Below, one piece after another: positions 50,360-64,000 of a stretch of DNA of 64,000 bases. The DNA is taken from NCBI RefSeq assembly GCF_009914755.1, contig NC_060932.1. One strand, written 5' to 3'. Under the pieces are notes generated by a model. It was not told the DNA's origin. It ran no database searches and saw only the letters and a list, made by a program, of their open reading frames with translations. The DNA is from the human T2T-CHM13v2.0 reference genome, Homo sapiens. How positions within the stretch are numbered: position 1 is the first letter of the stretch; each line of letters starts with the position of its first letter. A program made the position numbers and the translations under genes.

Positions 50360-53300
50360 CCCTTTATTTCAAGGTTAGATAAAAATTAAAAAATTCTTTC
50401 TGCAGATAAATAGATAAATAAGTGTGTGTATGAATTTCTACAACATAAGCCAAAATTCTGCAACATGAAAAAACAACAGAAATTCACTGAACGATAGAGA
50501 AAGGGGGTGTTCATTTGTGTTATTGATGTAATCTAGTAAACAGAAAAATAAATTTAAAAATAAGAGAACAGAGAAACACATTATTCATATGAAAAAAGAT
50601 CATGGAATAAAAATGAACAAAAAAAGAGGGTAGGTCCCAAAGTGAGTATGTAAAGATAAAAAGGCTGTAGGTTTAAAAGAAAATGTAGCAAACTGAGTAT
50701 AAGTAGAAACAGGCAGAAAAATAAGAGGAATTTGGGCAGTTTTTTTAAAAAAATGCCAAGGTTTATAAATGAAAGGAGCAGAAGTAAAATGTGTTATATA
50801 CAGGCTAAACTGATTCTGAAAAAAACTTGTTCACTGATATAATTGAGAAGTTCTTGCCAAATGCAGGTAAAAGAACAATAACGTGCATAATAATAAAGAT
50901 CACAGAAGATCAAAGATTAAATATAAAGAAACTGCTATTTTTAAAGAAAACAAATAAAATAATCAGAGACATGTTAAAATTTTTTCGTGCTAAAAACTAT
51001 AAGTCTATAGTGTTCTAGCAAAGAATAATTATGAGAGAGTAAAAAATAGACTTGTCCTGGAACTAGATGCCAGATGAATACAAAATGATGTTGTCAGATA
51101 TTTGAAGAGAAACATTTTATAATCCAAGAATCCTGAATTCAGAGGAGTTATTACTCATGTGGAAAAATCTTAGCAACACAGTGCTTAGAAATATTAAACA
51201 CATTTACCCTTTCTTATAAAAAAGCACTCAAAGATATACTCTAGCAAACTGAAAGATTAATTATAATTAAAACTCAGAAATAGGGAATATGAAATGACTA
51301 TTACAATTGAGAACAAAAAACATAGTTTTGGGAATAGTTAAAAGTTTTAATATAAATTTGAAAATAAACTACCCACAAGAAATTAATTTGGGAAAATGTT
51401 ATTCTTATCACTTTCTTCCTCCTCATCAGTGTTAAATGAGCATATTTAGGAAAATGGAAATACGAGGGGATAAAGAAAGTAAAGCAAGCTAAGCTCAATG
51501 ATTTTTCATACGTAGAGCAGATTTAAAACACAGGTATTTTCACTTTGATAATTAGATAAATATAAGTCCAAGTGTGTTTTTGAAAATGTAGTGGTAAAAA
51601 TCTAAAAGTTAAAAATAAGATGTCTTATATTCAAATCATTACCAAAGGTAAAATCAGACTAAACACAGTTTTCATAGCAATAGAGAGAAAACAAAATAAA
51701 TTAGCAAAGAACACGGTAAAATAACAAATAAAAAAGCAAGTACGTCTGCTACAACATTAAATGTCATCTGATGTTATGACATTAAATTGTTAAAATGCCT
51801 CCATAAAAGACAAAGAAAGTTAGATTTGTTTTTTTAAAGTCCAGTGTATGCATCTTAGGAAAGACACATAAAGTAAAATAACAAAAATGGTTAAAAGAAA
51901 AATATAGAGAACTACATACCTTACAAGTTTTTAAAAATTGGTAATATCTCACAATAAAATAATTTGAGAAGAATGAAATTAATAAATAGATATAATTCTT
52001 AATGCTTTTGAAAAAATTAGACTGTGGAGTAAAATTAAGAGAAAAGCAAAATTAAAAATAATAAGTAAATTTAAAATGTTTAATACGTCTAAGTAAAAAT
52101 GCTTAAAGCTAAAAGGATGCTAATAATTTTAAAAATACAAATAATGTGAAAAGTGTCAAAAATATAATTTGTTTAGAATAAAAAGCAAAGGGAAAATCTG
52201 AATGATTTGAAATATAATTTTTAAAAATTTAAAATAACATGTATAGTGAAGACTAGGATATTTAATTGGTATTTCTTTGTAATTCTCACACTAGAAATAC
52301 ACGTTATTTTAAAAAATTCATAATATAGAAACGTTTTAAAATGTCCCTTAACAGAAAATTATATGTCCTTCTCATGTGTAAATCTGAATTAAAAAAAAGT
52401 TTGTTAATCTCTTTTAAAATTTATATAAATGAGTAAATCATGTAAAATAACCAGTTTTTCTTTACAAATACAGTGTCAATGTGATGTTAGAAGACCGTTA
52501 TTATACTAAATCATTTCAATGGAAATTTCAATAAGAGCTAAGTTTAAATATTGATCTGCCAAATTTAATTGCTGTATACTTCAGCAATTACTTAGCCACT
52601 GTGATTTTCTTATTGACATTTGTAAAATGGGAATGCAATTTTTTATGGTAAAATTAAGAAATATTAGTATGCAACATATGAATTAAATAGTACACGGTAA
52701 GGGCTCATCAAAGAGTTGCTGTTGGTACATATCAGACAAAAATCATCACAATGTATTTTAAGAATCAGCCAACAATATAAAAAAAGTCCTCCAACCAACT
52801 TAAAAAACTCAAGATTTATATCAAAAGAATATTTTATTAATATAAAAATATGTAATTTACACTAACAGTTATCATCAGCAAATTTAGGGCACTAGACTCC
52901 AATCTTCAAAATTCAGATAAAAATTTAGATGGACACAGAACCGTTGTTACTAACTTTATTTTAAAGATAGACACACTTTTTAGAGATGCATTTACTGGTT
53001 TTTATGAACTAAATCTATCTATCTATCTATCTATATATATTTATATTTAATTTTATTCCTTTTTCTCACTGTTTGGGATAGATGTATATTACAATTACTA
53101 AGTCTGCAGGCAGTACCAGAAAAACACTGAGGTCAGAGAATAGGGTTATCTTGTATTTATTTCTACATAAAAAAACATGATTTCTAGAATACATATTTAT
53201 TTAGATATTCAAGTAATATCTAATATGCAAATAATAATGATAATGTAAATGTTAAATTAAACATTTATATAAATAATGCATAAATATTATTAAAATGAAA

Positions 53301-56100
53301 ACTATGTATGAGTATTTAGAGTAAGAAAATGGAAATACCTCTTGACTTACCAACTCTATACAGAAAGAAGAATTTCAGCAGAAAATACAAACAATTGGAA
53401 ACAATCACATGAATATCTTAACTTGAAAAATGTAATAACTGAATTTAGAATTCACTGAAATTGATTAGCAGTTGTTTAGACATACCTAAAAAGAGTATGA
53501 ATAAACTGAAAAAAAAATGATTAAATAAATAATCCAGACAAGCTTGTAATGGGAAATTTAAAAAGGATAGTAGACAAAAGTGCATAAGAAACAAAGAGGG
53601 TATTATAAAAGGCCTAAAAATATGTGCAGTTGTAGTCCTAGAAAGAGGGCAAGAATGGAATAGAAGAAATATTTAGTGATGAGGAAATCAAATTCCAGAT
53701 TCAAAAAGCACTACGTATTCCAATGAGGGTTTTTCTAACATGGCGGGGGGAAAGCACACCAAGTCATAATGAAGTAAACAAAAGACAAAGAAAAATCCTA
53801 AAAGCTGCCTGAGAAAAATAGTGTAATCTCTTCAAAGGAGGAAATAATGTAGTCTCTTCAAAGGAAGAACAAAGACAGCTGAAAATAGAAAAAAACAGAA
53901 ATCAGAAGATAACAGTATAATCAAAGTCCTAAAAGAAAATAACTTCTGAGAATTTTATAGCCAATGAAACTGTATTTCATAAATGAAATTGAAATAAAAA
54001 TATTTTTAGGCAAACCAAAACAGAAAATTCATTACCATAAGCTTACTCTAAAGGAAATATTGAAGCATGTTCTTTAGTCAAAAGAAGTGATTCCATCTGG
54101 ATTTATCACTAATGCAGGAGTCATTAGAGTTATATTATAAACCACTTTATTGGTGGTATTATGAATTTCTTCTTACATTTAACAGTTTTTGCCTTATATA
54201 CTTGAATGCCATATTATTCAGAGCATAAAGACACATGGCTGTTTTATGCTTTTGCTAAATTTCATCTTCTAACACTGAGTTAGATGCTTAATCCAATTAA
54301 ATACTTTTTCACTTATTTGATCAGTTATTGCCATAACCACTCCTAATATTTATATAGATTATTTTTGTTCATTCTTTTAGGGATGGTTTGTGATGTGTCT
54401 CTAGTAAAAAAAAAATTTTGCTGACTTTTTAAATTACATCTTAAAAATTATGCCTTTTAATGTATTTAACCCATTCAATTTCTCGTGCTTTCTGATACGT
54501 TTGACTTGTCTGTTATCTTACTGCATGTTTTCTAGTTATTATATCCCTTTTTCATTTTTCTATTGGTAGTTGATTAGTCAATTTATTTTATTACATTTAT
54601 AATCTTATCTGTGGGAAGCTATATATACTTTTTTTTAAGATTCTACCCACACTTTTTTACAAATACATTTATCTTTTCATATCAAGGATTAAACTATATC
54701 TACATTCTTCTCTATTGAAACAAGACATTCAGCATCTTATTTCCTACCTTCCCTAACATACTTCATTGAAATCATGTTGACATTTAGCACCAGGTTGGTT
54801 TCATTTGCTTGTATTTTCATAATATTTCTACCTTTTGGAGAATCTTTTTTTACACTGTATTAAATTTCAGAGTTACAATGGCAGAAATTATTCTTCTATT
54901 TCTAATTTTTTTTACTCTCCACCTTTTTTATGTTACATATCCCTCTTTCTTTTGTTCAGAGATAGTGAATATGTATTTTTTAAAATGCCGGTAGGTTTGA
55001 AATAGTATTTTACACATATGTATTGCTTTCCATTAGCACTTCAGGACATATTTTCTTTCTCTGTCTGTATTGTGAGTTTCCTGTAAGAAGTCTGATGAGA
55101 CTAGTAAGGGGCTGGCTGTTTGGTTATTCCCTTAATTCTCATAGCTTAGAAATATCTGGAGGTCTGCTTAGCATTCTATGTGAAGGTGTGAGTTTTCGTA
55201 ATATCAATGCAATATTTAATATCTTGCCTTAATTATTTCTTTCCTCTAATCTCTTTCTAACCTTGTTCTGAAGTCCCTACTATGTGGATAATAGATATGG
55301 CTTTCCCATTACCAGTATGTAGTAATCTTGCTTTTTTCTGATACTTTACCTCTGATGTTTTGCTCTACCTTCTGGGAGACATCCTTTTTCATCAACTTCT
55401 AACTCAGTCTTCAACCGTAGCCTATTATTCTTCAGCCTTCTTATTACATTTTTAATTCTGATCATCATATTTTAATTTCTAATACATATTTTGTAGTCAC
55501 TGATTACTCTTTTTAATAGCAGTCAGTTCATATTTTGTGGATGTAAAATCCTTCAGTTTTTCCTTGAAGTGTAAATTAGATGTTTTCATTCTTTATTTTC
55601 TATTTTTGTTTTTTCCTCTTACTATTGTCTCTATTTCTTCTTGGGTCATTGCTCCGATTTCAACTTTATTCTTCATATTTTGGCCAGAAGCATCTCTGGC
55701 TGTTTTACTTCTCTGCTTTCCAGGGTAGGCCCCCTTTTCTTGGACCTTCTGACAACTACCCCATGCTTAATTGCTTTGCTAGAGACCTCTGTGAAATTGT
55801 TGTCTCCAAGGTCAGCATTTTTCTGGAGCTTTGACTGAAAGCACTGATCTCACCTCTGTAATGGGTCCCTCCTCCCTCTCTCTCTCTCTCTCTCTCCTCA
55901 AAGTTTGTTCACTGCCTTCTATCTCCCAGGAATATCTCAATGTTTCTGACCCAATGATGATATAATTTTCCCACTCTGCCACTGTTATGAATAAATTTCT
56001 TAAAACTAATTTCTATCTTGACTTTTAAATGGGATTTTGGTAGTGAGTCATGAGAAGTAAAAACACAAGAATTTCATTAGCCAAACTGAACCAAAATATT
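50360..56100. mobile_element. Cluster of ancient L1M/HAL1 fragments (A-rich + strand to about 54110, T-rich - strand about 54120-56100)
   Basis: Strong strand-skew switch; ORF1-like text (ttgtagtcctagaaagag...gaagaaatattt; aaaatcctaaaagctgcctgag). Confidence 0.55.
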
Positions 56101-58964
56101 TTGATTGCTTCTTTTTCCAGAAAAATCTTATTTACATATCACCTTCAGAATAATATATGTAAAACCGAAGTACAGTTGCTGCATTTTCTGGAAGAGAAAG
56201 CGTTTTTTCTTCGGGTTAGTCTTGAGGGCGTAAGAAAGAAATCTAGGGATATAGGATGTACATATTCAAGTTTATCCTCAGGGTAGCGACCACTTTTACA
56301 AGAAAACATTGGAAGCTTAGATAACTGGATATCTTTGAGTTTGGGGGAGTCGAAAGTTATTTTTATTTGCTTATTTTCCTTTGTGTGGCCAGAACTTAGT
56401 TGAATATAAATTGATGTAGCTTTTTTGGAAAAAAAAATTTACAATCAATATATTTTACTTTAGAAAATAATCTGGAACATGAATAGAAAAATGTTCCTGC
56501 TAAAACAAATAAAAATATATAGTTGTTAAGGTTTTCTCTTTGGTTTTACTCTATTTCCAACTATTTTTGGTGCAATAAGCTCCATTTTAAAAGGTTCGGC
56601 TTTCTGAAATACAAAGTGAAATTAATAGTGATATACATCGCCGGTGGAGACCCTGAGTATCAGCGCCACAAATTTCATTGCCATTCACGTGGTAATCTTG
56701 TGCACTGGGGATCATCAATACAGGTACAATGATGTGGAAGCCTGGGCAAATTATTTAGCAGGTGAGATTTTGTGCGGTCGATCAATGAGTGACAAGAAAC
56801 CTAGACTTAATAGAAAGTACCAGCAAGGAATCACTGTTACCAATATCCATCTCGTGACTACATCATGCACGCCCTTGCTAAGTCACTTAATAGGCATTAC
56901 CTCTGTGAGAAGAATTAAGTGACAGAATGATGCTGCCACAAGCCCAGGCTGGTTCAAGCAGGCAAGGTTCTTCACATTTTCAATTTGCAGCCTTAGTTGA
57001 AGGAAGCACTGGGATAGAGTTTCAAGCACCAGCACACCGAAACCAATTACCTCAGTTTTTTCTCACTGGAGTCTGTATAGCATTTCAGTTCTTTGCTGTT
57101 TGCTCCTTGTTAGAATTTTCACCTAAAAGATATACAATCATTATTCTTCTTAAGGAAATATGATGCTGTATTCCTTGTTAAAAACACTATAAGATTATTA
57201 GTTATACACTAGTATTTTAGAATCAGAATTCAGTAGTCTCCATGCCCCTGCTGTGATATCTAACTATATGTGCCACTTCCACCTGAGTGTTAGCCATTTG
57301 TTCTGAGATATCCCACAACATTCTCTATGAACTTCCATATATGTTATGCCCTTCTAGTTGTTTAGTTTCTTGTCTTTTCCCCTAGTATTTTGCAAAAGGA
57401 AATTTCTCACAATAGAAAATAAGAACCATAGCTTTGCAAAGTATCTGTAACTAGTACATGTGTGCTAAATACCTAAATGGTTATTCGCAGAGTTTTTTTT
57501 TTTTTTGGTCTCAACAAAGTGAGAGCATGATTTAAGGATTTATATTTGGGAAGTGCAACTGGAAATTTGCATTAAACCAGCAACTATCAAAAATCTAGAA
57601 AATTTGTCTTCACTATTTCAGTGTTTCAAAATATTTCAGTGTTTCACCATATTTCACTGTTTCTCTATTTAAAGAGAACAAATAAAATATTTGCCACTGC
57701 ATTATTTGCTTTTGGCATCTCTTTGAGCTTTGCCAAGAAGCATAAGGTTTATTATATTCACCACGGGCCTTTTTATGCTGGCAAACATACAAACTACATT
57801 AGAAGAACAAATTTAGGTTGAGTGAAAAATAGCCATAGCCATAAAAGGCTCTAATAATTATTCAGTGTCAATGTTGGAAGTGATTCAAAAGAGAGAAGGA
57901 GAGATGTATTGATTCATGGCCTTCATCTTTCTTTTTCCCAAGAAGTCCACAAAACTTCATCATTTTCATCCAAATATTGTTCTCAGGATTTATGTCCCTG
58001 TGTTTAAGGCTTTTCTTCTTCGTGGTGTCTGAATAGGTTTTGTAGGTTATGTTCTTTGACTTTGGAAACTCTTTTTTGTGCAAGTTTCTTGTGCTCTTCA
58101 TTTCCATTCGCTCAAAAGAACTCTCCAAGGAAATAGCAGTGAAAAACAAACACAAAACAGCACTTGTGTGCTACAAAAACCCAAAAGTGCAACAAATTTC
58201 ATATTGTTCTAACTCTAAAGAGCTCATCTTGATCTACTGTGTCTCCAGTTAAATGAATGAATATTTGGATTCAAAACAGATAAATATATATGATCTGCTT
58301 TCAGTTTTCCTGCCCTACACATGACTTTTAAAACTGTTGACAATGATGCTTTATTCAGTGCAACAAGCAGGAGAGTTTGGCTCTGAACAGGGAGAACTTT
58401 GTAAAAATTAGTGCTTTACAATAATGAGATGGACTGCCTCCATGATTCATAAATTCTATGTCTCCAGGGGAGATCAACAGCCTCTTACTGGGAAAATTGT
58501 CGAGTCAAAAGAGGATGATCATTAAGTACCCTCTAAATCATTTCCAGTATACATTAACCATGTGTTCAGTGGGAATTGGAGAAGATAAGGACATGAAAGT
58601 TACATTTAACGGTCTCACTTCATGAATTCAGGGAATTTACCTCTAGCCCAGGAAAGACAAATAGAAGAATAAGTTCAATGCTAATATCATTGGTACTGAC
58701 CAGTGTTCCAAGGATTTGAGAGGCAGGCAATATTAATAAAAAGTGAAGCAATCAGGTTAGGCTTTAAATAAAAGCTAGAACATTAACACGTGCAATGAAA
58801 AATAGTATGGATTAGTTGGGCAGAATAGATGAAACCATGTAGACCAACACCAAGGACCAGGAAAAGTGAAGTAAGTGAGCACTATGTTCAAAGAACCTGT
58901 TGGGGTGCATGGGAAGACAGATTCCATGACTTATATTTACTCTTATTATGTCATTCTGTTATTC

Positions 58965-59101
58965 TGGTTTTTTGTTTGTTTGTTTTTGTTTTGAGACAGG
59001 GTCACATTATCTTGTCCAGGCTGGTCTCAAATTTCTGGGCTCAAGTAAGTGATCCTTCTGCTTTGGTCACCCAAAACAGGTGTGAACCACTACTCCTGAC
59101 C
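58965..59101 (-). mobile_element. FLAM/Alu monomer
   Basis: (TTTG)n tail then gagacagggtc...ccaggctggtctcaaa. Confidence 0.8.
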
Positions 59102-61050
59102 TCATATGATTCTAATATCAGCAAACATAAAATTGACACCATTTTGAAACATTCAAATTTGGGGGCTTTCCCAAAGCATTGTATTTAGGGCTAACATCCT
59201 TCTGTATTCTACTCTTTAAGTCTCACCTCCCAGGTCTCATTTTGTAAAGGATGGAACTACTGCTGTTCATGAAAGTTAGTTAATGTCTAAGCAGAAGTTG
59301 CTAAGAAGATTCCTATGTTGGTTTGTCTGTCATTTTTATTGCATAGTTATGTATAAAATGGTTGACAACATGATTGAGCACAAGCCAGGCGAAAAGAAAA
59401 ATATTTGTTGAATGGGTGAATAAATGATGTGATTTTACAGTGTTTACATAAGGAAGTGTTTGCTCCTAAAGCTTCAAATCCCCCTAAATAAATATGATCA
59501 AAACACAATAGCAATTATCTACTATCATTCCTTGTTATTTGAAGGATTAATTAGCTACAAAATGCTACATTGATATTTCAAATACAGGAAAAATACTGTG
59601 CATCCGATTATGGTTTGCAGTGCTCTTTTCCAGCTTAAAAAATAGTATTTTTAACTGGCCTTTGAAATAATATTTTGCAGGCCACAAATTGGTGTTAGTT
59701 TACACATAAGCCAGACATCCAATGCTGACTTCAGAGGTTAACTATTGAAGGGTGAGTCAATAGAAGCCTGCATGTAAGAACATTATAATAAAAAGCAAGT
59801 CACAGAGATCATATTCTCATTAGGAAAACTTCCATCTCTTTAAAATTTCTGTGAAACATTGTTTGGAGTAACCTGTGAAATCACAATGGGGAAAAACAAA
59901 CCAGGCTTTGGCTGACATTTACAGCAAAATCGAATTCTTCATCACAACTGGAGGGTGTATAATGAGTGGGTGTTTTAGGGTAGACAATGGAGGGAGTTCT
60001 TCAAGTCTGTTTTACATGAGTTAATGTTGGCAGGTAATGTTCTTATTGCTGCCACTGTTTTGTTAAGAAGGAAGAATGTGTTGTAAATCCCCTTAAAATT
60101 AAAAATAAGGCACCAACCCTCCCACCGCCCAACATGAGTTCATTCCACTAAAATGACTTCTTTTAGAATAGTTAAAGAAGGTCTGAGAGCCATAGCTTTC
60201 TCCACCCAATTACTGGAAGTCTTTCATTTTTTTTCCTCTGGAGGCTTCACGGTGACAGCCCTAGAGTGGAATGTGGATGACTTTGCTATAACCTAGGTAA
60301 TGAACCATACAAACTTTGTGAATAATGCCTGCACTTAATATGAGGCAGAGGCAAACAAGTCAAGAAAACCAGTGTAAAGATAATTTTGACTAAATCAGAC
60401 AAGGTTATTTACCATCAATATTTGAAATCAAATGTATCCCAGAATCCAAGGTGTAAAGTGTGTGCTGTCCCCAGATCTGCAGTTAGACTTGGAATCCAAA
60501 ACAAGTCCTCGTATTTCTAAATCAATGCAGTTGTTATGTTATGTACTTCATTTTATCAAGCGTCATGTTAGTTCCAATCAGGAGATCATAAGCTGGTACT
60601 GAAAACGTGAGAGACAGTGATCAATGGTTTTTGGAGTGAAAAACAAAATCCTTTATACCGCAAGCTGCCATTTGAAAGCCACCCCTAAAGAAGCAGCCAA
60701 AGGACACAGTAAAGCAACTGCCTTTCAAAACAAATGCAATAAATCTCATCCAGTGCATTTCAAAGAGTTAAAAAAGCTTAATAATGATCTCTGCAGTAAT
60801 TCAAATTTTACCAATTTTAGGCAAAAATATTTTGATGCTAAAGTAAATAGTGTATTTCATTTACAAAACGTATGTAACAAAACCAGCAATATGTGCATCC
60901 TGGCCTTCATCTGAAATGTAGTCTCTAGGGGCAACTCTGGCTTTAAATACTTAGCCCACTCTACTTTCAATAATGATTATAAAAATACAAAGCAAATGTC
61001 TGGAGATGAACAGTAATTTATTTCTGGTTTCTAGTTTTCATGTTTTTCAG

Positions 61051-61140
61051 ACTTGGATGGGTTTTTTGATTCTTGAGCTCTTATAATTCTAGGAACTATA
61101 AAGAACATGAAAAAGTGGTCAAGAAGCCAAAGGAGAGAAC
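61051..61140 (+). other. Candidate 90-bp non-coding internal exon
   Basis: Acceptor gttttcatgtttttcag (AG at 61049-61050) and donor GTAAGC at 61141; stops in all three frames. Confidence 0.3.
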
Positions 61141-61283
61141 GTAAGCTATTCCCTCTGTGCGTATTCTCTGTTTCACTCTGTCCTTGTGGGCATTTTTATC
61201 AACCTGAAGGGGGTATTTGCATGTTAGGTTGTCTTAGGGAGCCTTAGACCATCTCATTGAATAGGTTCAGAAGTCCCCTAGAA

Positions 61284-61617
61284 CAGCAGTCCCCAACCTT
61301 TTAGGCACCAGAGACTGGTTTTGTGGAAGACAATTTTTCCATGGATTCTGGGTTGGGGATGGTTTCAGGATGAAACTGTTCCACCTCTGATCATCAGGAA
61401 TTAGATTCTCATAAAGAGTGCGCAACCTAGATCCCTCGCATGCACAGTTCACAACAGGGTTTGCCCTCCTGTGAGCATCTAATGCCACTGCTGATCTGAC
61501 CAGTGGCAGAGCTCAGGCGGTAATGCTTGGCTGCCACTCACTTCCTGCTGTGTGGCCTGGTTCCTAACAGGCTACCTAACCTGTACCAGTCTGTGGCCTG
61601 GGATTTGGCGACCCCTG
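61284..61617 (+). mobile_element. MER1B (hAT-Charlie) MITE
   Basis: TIRs cagcagtccccaacc... and ...ggatttggcgacccctg; 8-bp TSD-like ccctagaa / ctgtagaa. Confidence 0.9.
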
Positions 61618-61639
61618 CTGTAGAACAACCATCACTAAC

Positions 61640-62170
<531 letters not shown>

Positions 62171-62899
62171 AAGATATTGTCTATATGCTGCTACAGTATT
62201 TGATTGCTAAAGGTAAACACAAAAATGATACATGAGAAAAGTTTACTTTAAACCCAAGGCTGTATTTGGGAAGATAAAGATAATCAAGCTTGACTAGGGT
62301 GAAAGTGGTATGTAGTAATATCTAGAAGAAACAGCAACAGGAAAAAGAAAAGCGTTGGTATCTAAGACAGAAAATGATTAATTTAACATGTAGGACTGTA
62401 AAAACTGGCCATAATTTGCACTGGAAGTCACCACAAGGGACATAATGAGGAATCTAATGAAGTTACTCCCTGATCTACTAGCCCCAGGCTCCAGAGGATA
62501 ATGAGCTAATGCCTTTGGAGGCTGATACCCGAATCCCCCCAGGGAGAAACCACTTCTAAATGTGAAGTGGGATGCAGGTAGCCTCCACCAAAAGTATATT
62601 AGATTAGAAAAAAAGAGACTAAAAGCAAAGATAATCAGTACAAATAGGACTAGATGAATTCAAGCGTGAATGGAATTGAGAACTAGAGCAAGTTGCTGGA
62701 GAGAGAGCAGCTTAAAGTGGAAATCACTGTGAAACAGTCAAATCCCGGGACTCTGAGAAATGCTAGAAAAATGTGTTACAGATTGTCATTTAGCCACTTC
62801 TATTAAAGCTGAAGAGTAGCTCTAGGGATTAGAACAGAGTCATTTCTATGCTGTTTAAACTAATTTATTCTTTATACGAACCAGAATAAGTAAGAAACT

Positions 62900-63720
<821 letters not shown>

Positions 63721-64000
63721 TAGTAGTCTTAACTCTTTCCATAGAAGAAACAAGTTTTGCAGAGAACAGCAGAATGCAAATCATACCTGCAGCTAATTAA
63801 AGTAACGAAGACTTGTGCTTTTCAAACAAAAAACACAATGTTGGATATTCTGATCTGCATGAGTGTGAGAAATTTAAACAGATCTCAATGTATGAAAAGT
63901 AGGGAATACTGAGCAGCAACCAGGTTAGGTTTTTTAGAAATTTAAGTTGAAAAATACATCAATGAAACCTGAAGTACGTTACATAATATGTAAAACTCAA

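Overview
Primate (human-like), AT-rich, repeat-dense non-coding DNA. I find no convincing host protein-coding exon, RNA gene or CRISPR-like array. All long ORFs are LINE-1 ORF1/ORF2 fragments or Alu/simple-repeat read-throughs. Main contents: (1) a full-length, inactivated L1PA2-like element (7607-13777, +) nested in an AluJ that itself sits in an older L1; (2) a 5'-truncated older L1PA4/5-like element (24738-26743, -) facing it 11 kb away; (3) a nested L1M cluster (about 34.7-46.1 kb) with a twin-primed 5'-inverted L1MA, MSTA, Tigger1 and MLT1; (4) about 18 Alu/FLAM copies, MIR/L2, MER5, MER1B and microsatellites; (5) a few candidate non-coding exons on +. Most notable observation: the two inverted L1s belong to different subfamilies yet share private mutations, including two identical nonsense codons, in patches. 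This points to ectopic gene conversion and possibly an invertible 11-kb segment. Also notable are a 109-bp tandem duplication in the L1 endonuclease domain and a local copy of an Alu right arm plus its unique flank 1.7 kb downstream. I found no support for a new multi-gene biological system. Subfamily calls are by eye from remembered consensus motifs and need RepeatMasker/Dfam confirmation.
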